Source: an uncultured virus (IMG/VR IMGVR_UViG_3300036401_000412)
Taxonomy: Duplodnaviria > Heunggongvirae > Uroviricota > Caudoviricetes
IMG/VR virus record: IMGVR_UViG_3300036401_000412
Direction: 5' to 3' (one strand)
Length of the DNA stretch: 64,000 nt
The notes beneath the pieces are model-generated. The model saw only the letters and a list, made by a program, of their open reading frames with translations. It was not told the origin of the DNA and did not search any database. Below are positions 45,834 through 55,181 of the stretch, one piece after another. A program made the translations under genes and the position numbers. Positions within the stretch are counted from its first letter, which is position 1; each line of letters begins with the position of its first letter.

Positions 45834-46027
45834 GCGCGCCGTTCGACCTGCCGTGGATCATGGCGCGGCTGCGCGACATGGTGGCAAGCTACGAGACCGT
45901 GCCGTTCGTCGGCGACGCCGATCTGACGGCGTGCCTGCGCATCACCTACTGGGACCGCGCCAGCAACACCGGCATCACCCTGGTGGTCGGCGTTGAACCG
46001 GCGACGAGGCCGGATGACGACGGATGA
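45830..46027 (+). CDS. Hypothetical protein
   Basis: ATGA coupling (MSAPFDLPWIM…). Confidence 0.5.
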   Translation: MSAPFDLPWIMARLRDMVASYETVPFVGDADLTACLRITYWDRASNTGITLVVGVEPATRPDDDG

Positions 46028-46143
46028 GCCTGATCGATCCGGCGTTCTGGGATCGGCCACGCCTCTGCATCGTGGCCAGCCTGTTCGCCATGACGTTGGT
46101 CGCGCTGATGCTGATCGGCGCGATCGTCATCCTGGTGTGGTAG

Positions 46144-46404
46144 CTACGGCGCGGCGAACTCGTGGCAGCGCACGCAATAGCGCTCGATCATGTCGTTGCG
46201 GTTGTAACTGACGGCGCCGCATTTGGGGCATTCGTAGCGCGCTGGCGGTGATGGATCGGCGTGGCCGATGCCGACCGCCAGCGCCTCGGCGCGCGCACGC
46301 TCGCGCTGAGCATAGGGCACGTAGCTTTCCATCACCGTCAGCATGTCGCGCACACAGGCCAGCGTGATGTGCGCCGGGCGTGGGATGGTGTGGCGGTGTT
46401 TCAT
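46144..46404 (-). CDS. Small Zn-finger protein
   Basis: CPKC.AVSYN.ND…YCVRCH.F; last gene of the minus-strand block. Confidence 0.6.
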   Translation of the reverse strand: MKHRHTIPRPAHITLACVRDMLTVMESYVPYAQRERARAEALAVGIGHADPSPPARYECPKCGAVSYNRNDMIERYCVRCHEFAAP

Positions 46405-46583
46405 GGGGCTTTCTCCGGCCAGTTGGGACCACCGACGTGACGCTGCATATGCTGGGTGACGTTGCGATCATTCAGCGCGATCTCGGCGCACAGCCACCAG
46501 CATCCGCAGGTGCACGGCGTGTCGACGATCAGCGGCTGTTGCTTGCCGCAGCGGGCGCAGCGCCAGTCGGTGGCGTCGCTCAA
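46401..46583 (-). CDS. Small Cys-rich protein
   Basis: TTG start coupled to the upstream stop; CARC…CTC. Confidence 0.45.
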   Translation of the reverse strand: MSDATDWRCARCGKQQPLIVDTPCTCGCWWLCAEIALNDRNVTQHMQRHVGGPNWPEKAP

Positions 46584-46819
46584 TAGCCTGCCTCCCGCGC
46601 CATCCGTTCGCCTTCGACCTCCGCATCCCAGAACAGCTTGGCGCAACGCTCGCACAACAGCGCGTTCATGCCGGGATGATGGAAATTGCCCGGCAACACC
46701 GTCGCGTCGCGGAAGCTTTCAAGTGGCGTCTGGCATTGCCCGCAGTCGAAGATGTGCTCCGGCAAATACCGCGTGCGACCGTAATCGAATTTGACTGGCT
46801 GGGTGTTCAGGTTTGTCAT
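46580..46819 (-). CDS. Small Zn-finger protein
   Basis: GGAG SD; CGQC…CERC. Confidence 0.55.
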   Translation of the reverse strand: MTNLNTQPVKFDYGRTRYLPEHIFDCGQCQTPLESFRDATVLPGNFHHPGMNALLCERCAKLFWDAEVEGERMAREAGY

Positions 46820-47709
46820 GGTGGTGGCTCCAGCAGATCGATGTCGCTTTCCGATGGCACGATCTGGCACAACAGGCCGTTCCATTGATATGACCAGACG
46901 CCCCGGATATGCGCCTTGACCCAGGCGCGGTCGTTGGCAGTCGGATCGCGCCGCTTGCGCCAGTGCTCGCGCACCCAGTGCAACAGTGCGGCGCGTCGTG
47001 CCTTCCCGGGGGGGATGTCGCGCAGCCGGAATATCTCGCGCATACCGACGATATCGGTGAACAGCCGGGCACGCGGGCCTTTGCCTTCGCCGATGAGCAC
47101 CGACCATAGGTAGCGCTTGCGCAGCATCATGCCGCCGATCATGGCGATGGCACGATGGTCATCGCCCCCGGCGGTATGACCTTGGCGATAACCAAACCAT
47201 GCGGCGTCGATCTGATAGTTGGCGGTTGGTGAGTTCATACCATGACCACCGCCGGTCGCGCGCATCGGACTGATCACGTGACCATCGGCGAGGATGGCAT
47301 AGGGTGTGCGGATCGTCTCGGCCTTGCCGTTCGGCCGCACGAACATCTGCATCTGGTCGACCATACGCGGATAGAACCGCTGCAACACGCCACGCCATTC
47401 CTTCGGCACCAGCGTCTTGAAGCGGGTGAACTGCCACGTCCCCTCCGGCCAGCAGTCGTCAGGTTCGCCGTATTGAGCGGTGGGAAATGCAGCCGCACAG
47501 TCGACTGGCCACATCGGCTGATCGGCGGCGGTCTTGCCGACCAGTATCCAATCATCTTCGCCGGTTCCGGTCATCGGTTCGAAACCATCGAAGCGGGCGG
47601 CGGGGACTTTATGGATCGGCGGCAGATAGTCATCGATCTCGCTGCGCCCACCCTCGGCGCAGATCAGGAACGCCAGCGCTTCTATGATGTGCTCGGTCTT
47701 TTCGGTCAC
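46816..47709 (-). CDS. HxVRxH-motif protein (paralog B, divergent)
   Basis: GTG start with a GGAG SD; LLHWVREHWR…WVKAHIRG. Confidence 0.7.
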   Translation of the reverse strand: MTEKTEHIIEALAFLICAEGGRSEIDDYLPPIHKVPAARFDGFEPMTGTGEDDWILVGKTAADQPMWPVDCAAAFPTAQYGEPDDCWPEGTWQFTRFKTLVPKEWRGVLQRFYPRMVDQMQMFVRPNGKAETIRTPYAILADGHVISPMRATGGGHGMNSPTANYQIDAAWFGYRQGHTAGGDDHRAIAMIGGMMLRKRYLWSVLIGEGKGPRARLFTDIVGMREIFRLRDIPPGKARRAALLHWVREHWRKRRDPTANDRAWVKAHIRGVWSYQWNGLLCQIVPSESDIDLLEPPP

Positions 47710-48215
47710 GGGGGTAATCTCCGGCCCTTGGCCAGATCGTCCATGATCTCGCCGTCGTAGTGCGTCGCGAGTCGGTCGAGCACCACCATCAGGCGTTGCT
47801 TTTCGAGCTTCACCGTCGCCGCCGGCACGCGCGTCTTGGCCCATTGAGTGAGCGTGGTGTTGCGCAGGATGATCACCTCGATCATCAGCAACTGCGGCGG
47901 CTGGAACAGCAGCACGACGCGGCGCAGCGAGCGCACCGCGCGCATCTGCTTGACCGCGTCCGGCCCCAGACCCCAGCGCGGCTGGCTGAACTGCTGCACA
48001 TAGATCAGCGGCCGCGTCACGGCATAGCCGAGCAGCGCCAGATCGACCTGCTCGCGCAGCATGTCGGCGGCGAGGATGTGCATCGGCTCGATCCCCGAGC
48101 GCGGGTGCCCGAGCATGCGGCGCAACGGATCGTAGCTGCGCCAGCCCTGCACCGTGCGGGGCGTGCGGCGGGCGTCGGGGGTGGTGTCGGCCGGGTCGGT
48201 CCATTCGCTCGGCAT
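47706..48215 (-). CDS. Putative late transcription regulator
   Basis: DPLRRM…I…AAD.LR…C-terminal L…LDRLA.HY, a pattern typical of alphaproteobacterial phage late regulators. Function inferred. Confidence 0.55.
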   Translation of the reverse strand: MPSEWTDPADTTPDARRTPRTVQGWRSYDPLRRMLGHPRSGIEPMHILAADMLREQVDLALLGYAVTRPLIYVQQFSQPRWGLGPDAVKQMRAVRSLRRVVLLFQPPQLLMIEVIILRNTTLTQWAKTRVPAATVKLEKQRLMVVLDRLATHYDGEIMDDLAKGRRLPP

Positions 48216-48637
48216 CAGCGCGGCGCGCGAGCCGGGACGTTGGCGGATGCGGCTGGCGGGTGGCGCGTCGAGATCACTGCCCAAGGCGGGCGGTGCGGCG
48301 GTGAGCCGGTGCGGGCGCCGGGCGGACACTCACTGCGCCCAGACGCTGGGCGCCGTCAGGCAGCGCGTGGCGGCCGGCAGGGAGGGGATTGGCAGGGCGC
48401 TGGATGAAGTGGCGGCGGGGCACAACCCCCGCCGCCTGCACATCACACAAATGACCCTGGATCGCCGCGCGGAACCCGCTGCGCCGTCTGGCTCAAATGC
48501 GCAGCGGCCTACATAGCGGCTCGGTGGATAACCTTCAACGACGGTGTGGCCCGGCGGGATAAATCTGGCCCTGCACGCAAGCAGGGGAACTGCGGCCCGC
48601 CGCGTTACGTTCTCCCCGGTCTGGTCACGCCACAGCA

Positions 48638-48853
48638 TCATGATTGCACCTTTGAGGTGCGGCCCTCGCCATATACCAGACCCTTGCGTGCAAGATCGAG
48701 GCAGTCGTGGCAAATCTCCTGCCCGCGATTGGCGGTGGCGAACAGGAACTGGCAGTTGGGGCAGCGTTTCTTGACCTGCCCACGCATCGGCTGCCACGGC
48801 TCCTCGTTGACCGCGTGCGCGTGGGTCAGCGCGGCGTGTCGCTTGCCGGTCAC
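48638..48853 (-). CDS. Small Zn-finger protein
   Basis: CPNC…CHDC; GTGA coupling. Confidence 0.55.
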   Translation of the reverse strand: MTGKRHAALTHAHAVNEEPWQPMRGQVKKRCPNCQFLFATANRGQEICHDCLDLARKGLVYGEGRTSKVQS

Positions 48854-48990
48854 AGGCTCACCGCCGCGATGCCGAGCAGGATGATCGCCAGTGGATACGC
48901 CCAGATGTAGCGCAACGGCCAGAGCAGCCCGATCGCCGTAATCACGATGATGCCGGCGAACGCGCGGCCGGCGAAGGTGGCCTCGATCAT
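48850..48990 (-). CDS. Small two-TM protein
   Basis: Hydrophobic; ATGA coupling. Confidence 0.5.
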   Translation of the reverse strand: MIEATFAGRAFAGIIVITAIGLLWPLRYIWAYPLAIILLGIAAVSL

Positions 48991-49175
48991 GACGGCGTCT
49001 CCGCGAGGTGCTCCAGCACGCGCTTCTGCGCCGCTGTGCATTCCTCTGCCACGACGCGCCATTTCGGCACCGGGATGCCGTTGCGCTTGATCTTGCCGCC
49101 CGCCAGCGCACAGCGGCGCAGGAACTCAAAGTGCTTGGCGCAGGTCTCCAGCAACTCACGGTCGGTCATGGTCAC
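48987..49175 (-). CDS. Hypothetical protein
   Basis: GGAGG SD. Confidence 0.5.
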   Translation of the reverse strand: MTMTDRELLETCAKHFEFLRRCALAGGKIKRNGIPVPKWRVVAEECTAAQKRVLEHLAETPS

Positions 49176-49404
49176 GCGCCGCCTCCTCGCGCGATGGGGT
49201 GACGCGGATTTCGAGCCGGTAGCCGAACACCTCGCCCCACGGTTTCCAGTAGGGCATGTGCTGGTGGACGAACGCGCGCATGCAGAGCAGCCCGAGCAGG
49301 AAGCTGAGCGAGCGCGCGCGGCGTATCTCGACGATCCACCAGACGCACAGCGCCAGATTGGCGACGGCCACGATCGAGGCGATCGTCTCGACGATGATGC
49401 TCAT
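49156..49404 (-). CDS. Small membrane protein
   Basis: ATGA coupling; hydrophobic N-terminus. Confidence 0.5.
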   Translation of the reverse strand: MSIIVETIASIVAVANLALCVWWIVEIRRARSLSFLLGLLCMRAFVHQHMPYWKPWGEVFGYRLEIRVTPSREEAARDHDRP

Positions 49405-49583
49405 CGCGGGCCGCCGCGCGGCTTTTCGGCGGTCAGCGGCACGAACGCCAGCGCCACCGCGAGCGCGCCGGAGCCGATCGGGGTCGAGCCGAACAGGATG
49501 GTTCGATACAGCCAGCCGCCCGGCACGCGGATGCGCTCCAGGCGGTTCGACGCGGTATCGGTGAGCAGTTCCCAATCGCTCAT
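49401..49583 (-). CDS. Hypothetical protein
   Basis: R..VPGGWLYR…FVP motif. Confidence 0.6.
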   Translation of the reverse strand: MSDWELLTDTASNRLERIRVPGGWLYRTILFGSTPIGSGALAVALAFVPLTAEKPRGGPR

Positions 49584-49816
49584 ACCTGAACCCCGAATAC
49601 CGCCAGTTCGGCCTTGGTGAGCAGGCGCCCGATCATGGCGGGCGACGGCGGCTCAACCTCGCAGCCGGCCACCTCGCCCCCAGGGTTGCAGCCCAGCCTC
49701 CAGGCGACCCGGACCGCCTCGACGATGCTCGCCGCCGACACGATGCAGCACCCGAGATGGCGCTGCCCGAGGGGCCGGTTGTTATCCACGAACGACAGCC
49801 ACCAATAGGTCGTCAT
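49580..49816 (-). CDS. Hypothetical protein
   Basis: WWLSFVD…LG…GCNPGGEV; ATGA coupling to the helicase gene. Confidence 0.6.
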   Translation of the reverse strand: MTTYWWLSFVDNNRPLGQRHLGCCIVSAASIVEAVRVAWRLGCNPGGEVAGCEVEPPSPAMIGRLLTKAELAVFGVQV

Positions 49817-51252
49817 CCCGGGAACCGCACGGTCATGGTGCGATAGAGCGGCGCCGGCAACGGCATCGGCGGCACCGGAGCGGTGATATAGCGCTCCGCC
49901 TGCTCGCGGGCGAAGTGCAACTCCCAGCCCCGCTTGTAGCCCTTGGCGCGGGCGTAGGCGGCGATGTCGGCCAGTGAGCGCTTGCGCCCCTTGAACGTGC
50001 CGTAGCTCATCCTGCCCCACTTGGCGGCCCGCGCGGCGGCCTTGTCGCGCTCCACCAGATCACCCGCCACGGTCTCGATCTCGCGCGGCTGACCCATGCC
50101 GATGGTGTCGGGGTTCGGCGCGGCGCGCGGCGGCCGTGGCTTACGGGTGGCGCCGTCCAGCGACCAGTCGATGATGTCATCCCCCGGATCGCCGAGCCGA
50201 TCGACGTTGCCGGCGTGATCCAGCACGATCAGCGGGCTGCCGTCCGGCTTCGGCCGCATCCCCCGGCCGATCTGCTGCCACGCCAGCGGCAGCGAGCCGG
50301 ACGGGCGCAGCAGGATGGTGCAGCCGACCGAGGGGATGTCCACGCCCTCACTGATCACGTCGCACGCGGTCAGCACGTCGAGCCGCTGGCCATCCTCGAT
50401 CCCGGCGATCAGCCAGTCGCGCTGATCCTTCGGCGTGCCACCATGCACACAGGCGGCGCGATAGCCGGCGGCGCGGAATGTGGCGGCCACGTCCATCGCA
50501 TGCTGCACGGTGACACAGAACGCCAGCGCGGTTTTGCCCGGTGCCCGCTTGGTGAACTCGGCGACCGCATCGCCGGTCACCACACTGGCGCGCTTGGCCA
50601 TTTCATCGCCCGCCGCCCAGTCGCCCGCCACCTTGCGCAGCCCAGCCGCATCGATCTGGGCTGCCGGGACGAACACCTTGGTGGGCGCGAGGTAGCCGGT
50701 GGCGATGAGTTGCGGCGTAGCGGGGCCAACGACCATGTGGTCGAAGAACCCGCCGGCCTGGATGCCGAGGCCCTTGCCGTCGTTGCGGGCGGGCGTCGCC
50801 GATACCCCGAGGATTTTCGCCTTGGGCTGGCTGCGCAGGAACGCCGCCCAGGTCTCCGCCACGGCGTGGTGGCATTCGTCCAGCACCAACAGGTCGAACT
50901 GCGGCAGTAGGGCGAGCCGGTTGATCACGGTCTGGATGCTCATCACCTGCACGGGCGCGCCGTGGTCGCGGTCGAGGCCGGCGGCCATGATGCCGTGCGG
51001 CACCCCGCACCAGTCCAGCTTGGCGGACGCCTGCCCGATCAGTTCACGTCGATGCGTTAGGACACCGACCCGCTTTCCTTTCGTCACCGCACCTTTCGTG
51101 ACCGTGGAAAATATCACGGTTTTTCCGCCACCTGTCGCTAATTGATAGCAAACTGCGCGAAATCCAGCGCCGTAGGCGGCGCGGAGTCTTGAGACGTCTT
51201 CGATTTGATACGGCCGAAGTATCAGGTCTTTTGAAGGTATTGTGCCGGACAT
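49813..51252 (-). CDS. SF2 (DEAD/DEAH-like) DNA helicase
   Basis: LRPYQ, LATGGGKT, DECHH, SATP, EGVDIP and QQIGRGMR motifs. Confidence 0.92.
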   Translation of the reverse strand: MSGTIPSKDLILRPYQIEDVSRLRAAYGAGFRAVCYQLATGGGKTVIFSTVTKGAVTKGKRVGVLTHRRELIGQASAKLDWCGVPHGIMAAGLDRDHGAPVQVMSIQTVINRLALLPQFDLLVLDECHHAVAETWAAFLRSQPKAKILGVSATPARNDGKGLGIQAGGFFDHMVVGPATPQLIATGYLAPTKVFVPAAQIDAAGLRKVAGDWAAGDEMAKRASVVTGDAVAEFTKRAPGKTALAFCVTVQHAMDVAATFRAAGYRAACVHGGTPKDQRDWLIAGIEDGQRLDVLTACDVISEGVDIPSVGCTILLRPSGSLPLAWQQIGRGMRPKPDGSPLIVLDHAGNVDRLGDPGDDIIDWSLDGATRKPRPPRAAPNPDTIGMGQPREIETVAGDLVERDKAAARAAKWGRMSYGTFKGRKRSLADIAAYARAKGYKRGWELHFAREQAERYITAPVPPMPLPAPLYRTMTVRFPG

Positions 51253-51275
51253 TTGATGTGATCTCTCAGGTGTCA

Positions 51276-51320
51276 TGTGTGTGTGCAGGCACATACTATC
51301 CAAAGTGACCCACTATTCAA
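51276..51320 (-). promoter_or_regulatory. Conserved phage promoter, copy 5, with CA box
   Basis: The minus strand reads TTGAAT-AGTGGGTCACTTTGGA-TAGTAT, then GCACACACACA upstream of the helicase gene. Confidence 0.7.
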
Positions 51321-51398
51321 GCGGAAATTTTGAATTTCTACTGCGGGTTTTGCAACGAGTATGGAGAAATCTGCGGCAGGTTCTCGCGGTGTTCACCA

Positions 51399-51608
51399 TC
51401 AGAACAACTGGCCCTGCTTCACCTTGTCGCCCGGCCGGCCGCGCACGTTGCCCTTGGTCCGGGGTAGCGGCGCGTAAAGCGACGGCACCCACTCGGCGTC
51501 CAGCTTGGCGCGGTGATACAGGCAGACCCACACCGTCGGGCGCGGCGGCAGCCCGTAGCCGAACCGGGCCGGCGCACCGCAGATCGAGCAGCGGTGCTCA
51601 GCCGGCAT
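51399..51608 (-). CDS. Small Zn-finger protein
   Basis: CSICGAPA.FG…W.C..H. Confidence 0.6.
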   Translation of the reverse strand: MPAEHRCSICGAPARFGYGLPPRPTVWVCLYHRAKLDAEWVPSLYAPLPRTKGNVRGRPGDKVKQGQLF

Positions 51609-51870
51609 CGTCGCCATCCCTGGGGCGGTGCCAGATCGGGCGATAGGGATTGCCCTCGCCGCCGAAATCGTCGTCCCAGCGGTCTTGCAGGAACATTCCA
51701 ACCCGGACGTCGAGCGTCGCGAACGACTTCCACAGCGGGCCGTCGATGCGGCTGGGTAGGCTGTGCTTCACGATACCCCAGAACTCCCGGAAGTCGCGCA
51801 GCATGCGAGCGAGCAGTTCGGCGGCTTTTTGGTGTTCTTCCCGGCTTAGCGGATCACGGCGGCGTCCCAT
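51598..51870 (-). CDS. Hypothetical protein
   Basis: GGAGG upstream of MGRRRDPLS…. Confidence 0.55.
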   Translation of the reverse strand: MGRRRDPLSREEHQKAAELLARMLRDFREFWGIVKHSLPSRIDGPLWKSFATLDVRVGMFLQDRWDDDFGGEGNPYRPIWHRPRDGDDAG

Positions 51871-52040
51871 TTCCCATCCTCCATTCCGACCCATTGTAGT
51901 CGTCCCTTGTCGTCCCTCAACAGAGAATTTCGTTGCAAAGTGACGGCAAGGGACACCGCCAAGGTGACTTTGCATGTGCGGGCGTGTGCACGCGCAGGCA
52001 GACAAACTCACTTAGGGGTCGTCCAAGCCGTCCCTAAGTT
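51861..52040. repeat. GTCCC(T) direct and inverted repeats; candidate replication origin
   Basis: CGTCCCT at 51901, 51911 and 52029, and AGGGAC at 51949, in the gap after the primase-helicase gene. Confidence 0.4.
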
Positions 52041-52052
52041 GCATGATGCAAT

Positions 52053-54515
52053 TCAACCTCCCTCGTTTTCGTAGAGCGCTGGTGGGTTCAGCCGCAGCCC
52101 GACGACCAATCTCTTGCCGTTATTTTTCGTTCTTTTCAGCCGCTTGGCTGGCGGCAGCGGCTCATACTGCTCGATCGCCTCGGCGAACGCGTTGCCGGTC
52201 ATGGTCTCCTCGCCGTTGCGCTGTGCCCAGACGTTGAACGATGCGCGCAGCCGGGCCGGCTCCATTTCCGCCTGGGGATCGAGGATGCACCACTCCTCGA
52301 CCCAGCGAGCGAACGGGTCTTGGCCTTCGAAGTAGGTTTGCCCAGCGACGCGGACGGCCTGCGGCGGGTCCAGCCCGATCTTCTGCCACGCGAGGCAGCC
52401 CTCGATCAGCCAGCGCAGGATGGCCGGCCCCTCGGCGAGCAGTTTGGCCTTCAGATGCCGATCAGGCTCCTCCGGCTTGCGGGTGAACGGCAGGATGCGC
52501 AGCCGGCGTTCCATGCCGGTGGAGCGGCCACGCAGCCTGGGCAGATGGTTGCCCTGGAGCGCCATCTTGTGGCTCGGCTTGAAGCGGAACGGGCGGCCCA
52601 TCGGGTGGCGGCCGGACAGCGTGTCGCCACCGGTCACCTCTTTGATGAACGCCTCGGCCCAGAACGCGTCGCGCTCCGGCTCGTTGGCCACGATCAGGCG
52701 CAACCCGGCCATTGAGGCGCGGTAGTATTCCGTCGGCGACCACGTCTGCCCGGTGAACACCTCCATCGGCGTGCTGCCGGCATAGTCGCCCATGATGTGC
52801 ACGATGGTCTCGATCAGCGTGCCCTTGCCGGCACCCGCCAGCCCGAACAGGAACAGGAAGATTTCCTCGTTGGTCAGCCCGGTGAGCGCGTAGCCGAAAT
52901 AGCGCTGGATGAACCGCACGAGATGCTCATCACCGTGCATGGCGTAGTCGAGGAACCCGATCCAGGTGGGACAATCCGGCGTGACACCGGGGGTCACGTT
53001 GGTGGCGCGCGAGATCATGTCCTCGCGCCGGCCCGGGCGGAGTTCACCGGTCGCGAGATCGACCACACCGCCGGGCGTGCCGAGCAGCATGCGGTTCTCA
53101 TCCCAGTCGCCCTGCGCGGTGGAGATCGGCGGGATGGTGCGGGCACCGAGTTCGACGGCGCCGGAGAACGTGCGCTTCTCGATCACCAGCCGCGCCTTGG
53201 TCGGGTCGCGGCCACGGGTCTCGCCGGCCAGTTGGCGGCACAGGTTGAGCGCCCAATAGAACGCCAGCTTGCGCTCATCCGGGCGCCAGCGGTGCTCACC
53301 CCACACCAGCCACTGGCCCGAGGCGTGATTGAACCGGAGCGCCTCGTGATTGGCGGTGACGAACAGCCGCATGGCAAACTGCTCGGTGATCAGTTCGCCA
53401 GCCGCGATCATCGGTGGCGGGATGCCGTCCCAGTCGTCTGGCGGCTCCTCGCCCGCATCGTCCGGTGGCGGTGGATCATCACCACCCCCGCCATCACCCC
53501 CGTCGCCGGGCGGAGGGGGTTGTGGGGCCTCCGGCGGCTCCCAGGTGGGGGTCTCGCGCACCAGCGCCATCAGCGCCTCCACCGTGCCGCCAGCGGCCAG
53601 CCAGTCGCTGACGTCGCCCTTCGGTCCCAGCCCCGGCAGCATCAGCACCTTGACCGACCACGCCACCCCGGTGAGCGCCTGGGCGACCGCAGCGGCATGG
53701 TCCTGCCCCGGCAGCACCGGCCTGCCGTCGGGATGCCAGAGCGGTTCCTTGGTCTTCTGGTGCCGCGCCTGGGGGTCATTGTCCGGCAGGATCACCACGT
53801 CGCGCCCGGCGAAAAATCCGTTGTAGGCGGCGCGCCATTTGCCGGCGCCACCGATACACGTCGTGGCGGTCAATCCCAGCGCGGCGAGATTGTCGGCATC
53901 TTTCTCCCCTTCGCAGATGAACACGGTGGCGGCGCTGGATTTGAGCAGCGCCGGTAGCAGGTAGAGCGGCCGCGTATCCCTGGGGATGTCGCGCACGCTC
54001 CATTTCCATTTGGTGCCGCCGTCGCGGAGCGTGCCGTCGGGCCGGCGCTGCATGAATTTCGGATTGCCGGTGACGGTGCGGATCACCTCCAGCACCAGAT
54101 GCCCGGCGGCATCGAGGTAGCGGTAGACGCGGCTGATGTTCTCCCACGGCGGAATGCGCGGTGGGTCGGGCTTGCGGTCCTGCGCTAAGTCGGCGCCGGT
54201 TGCCCCGCCAGCCGTTTCACCTGCCCCAGGCGGCGGATGGGCGCCATTCGTCTTGGGCGCCGTCCTGACCCCACCGCGCGGCGGCAGTGGCGTGCTGGTG
54301 CCCCGGGCGAGGTGCCACATCGGCACGTAGCCGCCGCCGGTCCCCGCCTCATGGTCCCGCCAGACCATCTCGACGACGCGCAGGGCCTTGGAGCCGTTGG
54401 CGCCGAATCGCAGTTCAGCCGGCGACGACAGCGCCCGGTTGGGCTGGCCCCACGCCTCGATCGCCAGTTCGGTGATGGTGGGCCACGATGGGTCCGGGAC
54501 AAACGTCCCGGACAC
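52053..54515 (-). CDS. TOPRIM primase fused to D5/P4-type SF3 helicase
   Basis: ICEGEKDAD, ILPDND and GDVSDW (TOPRIM); GVVDLATG (D5_N); Walker A GLAGAGKGT; IKEVTGGD. Confidence 0.92.
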   Translation of the reverse strand: MSGTFVPDPSWPTITELAIEAWGQPNRALSSPAELRFGANGSKALRVVEMVWRDHEAGTGGGYVPMWHLARGTSTPLPPRGGVRTAPKTNGAHPPPGAGETAGGATGADLAQDRKPDPPRIPPWENISRVYRYLDAAGHLVLEVIRTVTGNPKFMQRRPDGTLRDGGTKWKWSVRDIPRDTRPLYLLPALLKSSAATVFICEGEKDADNLAALGLTATTCIGGAGKWRAAYNGFFAGRDVVILPDNDPQARHQKTKEPLWHPDGRPVLPGQDHAAAVAQALTGVAWSVKVLMLPGLGPKGDVSDWLAAGGTVEALMALVRETPTWEPPEAPQPPPPGDGGDGGGGDDPPPPDDAGEEPPDDWDGIPPPMIAAGELITEQFAMRLFVTANHEALRFNHASGQWLVWGEHRWRPDERKLAFYWALNLCRQLAGETRGRDPTKARLVIEKRTFSGAVELGARTIPPISTAQGDWDENRMLLGTPGGVVDLATGELRPGRREDMISRATNVTPGVTPDCPTWIGFLDYAMHGDEHLVRFIQRYFGYALTGLTNEEIFLFLFGLAGAGKGTLIETIVHIMGDYAGSTPMEVFTGQTWSPTEYYRASMAGLRLIVANEPERDAFWAEAFIKEVTGGDTLSGRHPMGRPFRFKPSHKMALQGNHLPRLRGRSTGMERRLRILPFTRKPEEPDRHLKAKLLAEGPAILRWLIEGCLAWQKIGLDPPQAVRVAGQTYFEGQDPFARWVEEWCILDPQAEMEPARLRASFNVWAQRNGEETMTGNAFAEAIEQYEPLPPAKRLKRTKNNGKRLVVGLRLNPPALYENEGG

Positions 54516-54641
54516 CTAACGACGCCCCGTTCGCTCCTCACTGTCGTCACAGGCACGACCCAGCCGCGTGCCACTGGCACGACCACGACCCATACGTCCG
54601 CGTGATCCGGCGACCTCAATCGGTTGTGTTTGAAACGTCAC
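54516..54641 (-). CDS. Putative 41-aa leader peptide
   Basis: AAGGAGG SD and GTG start. Its TAG directly abuts the primase GTG. Confidence 0.4.
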   Translation of the reverse strand: MTFQTQPIEVAGSRGRMGRGRASGTRLGRACDDSEERTGRR

Positions 54642-54908
54642 GCGGAACCTCCTTGCAGAGTGTCCCCGAGCGTGGGATAAATCGGTTCTGTAAGGGAACC
54701 CGATCCATCCCCACCGGGTGAGTTGGAGACCTATTGGACGCCCCTCGGATTGCACCCGGGGGGCGTTCGTCATTTGGGGGTGTCTGGGAACCCGAACCCC
54801 GAGCCTAACCCGACCGGCCCGGATCAGCCACCCGCAATCCTCCGTTACACATGAAATCGCACGATATCCCCGGCTTCCACCGGGTTGTCCCCATCGGGTC
54901 AGCGTCGA

Positions 54909-55181
54909 TCACTGCCGCGTGCCCTCGGTCGAGGTGAACGTGACCAGCCGCACCGAGACCACCGGGTGCGGCGTGCCCAGACTGGCGGCCCGCGCCCGCT
55001 CCGCCAATGCCGCCAGCCGTTCCGCCGTGGCCCGGCGCGACGACATCAGCGGCGTCATCCCCATGCCGAGATTGCCGCCGACGATCCCCTCGGTGCCGTC
55101 GGCGTAGGTCGCAATCCAGAGGTGCAGTTCGCGGATGAACTGGCCCGGCGTCGGCACGGACGCGATCAGCACGTCAACCAT
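54909..55181 (-). CDS. Hypothetical protein
   Basis: TGATG coupling; DGTEGI…PL motif. Confidence 0.6.
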   Translation of the reverse strand: MVDVLIASVPTPGQFIRELHLWIATYADGTEGIVGGNLGMGMTPLMSSRRATAERLAALAERARAASLGTPHPVVSVRLVTFTSTEGTRQ

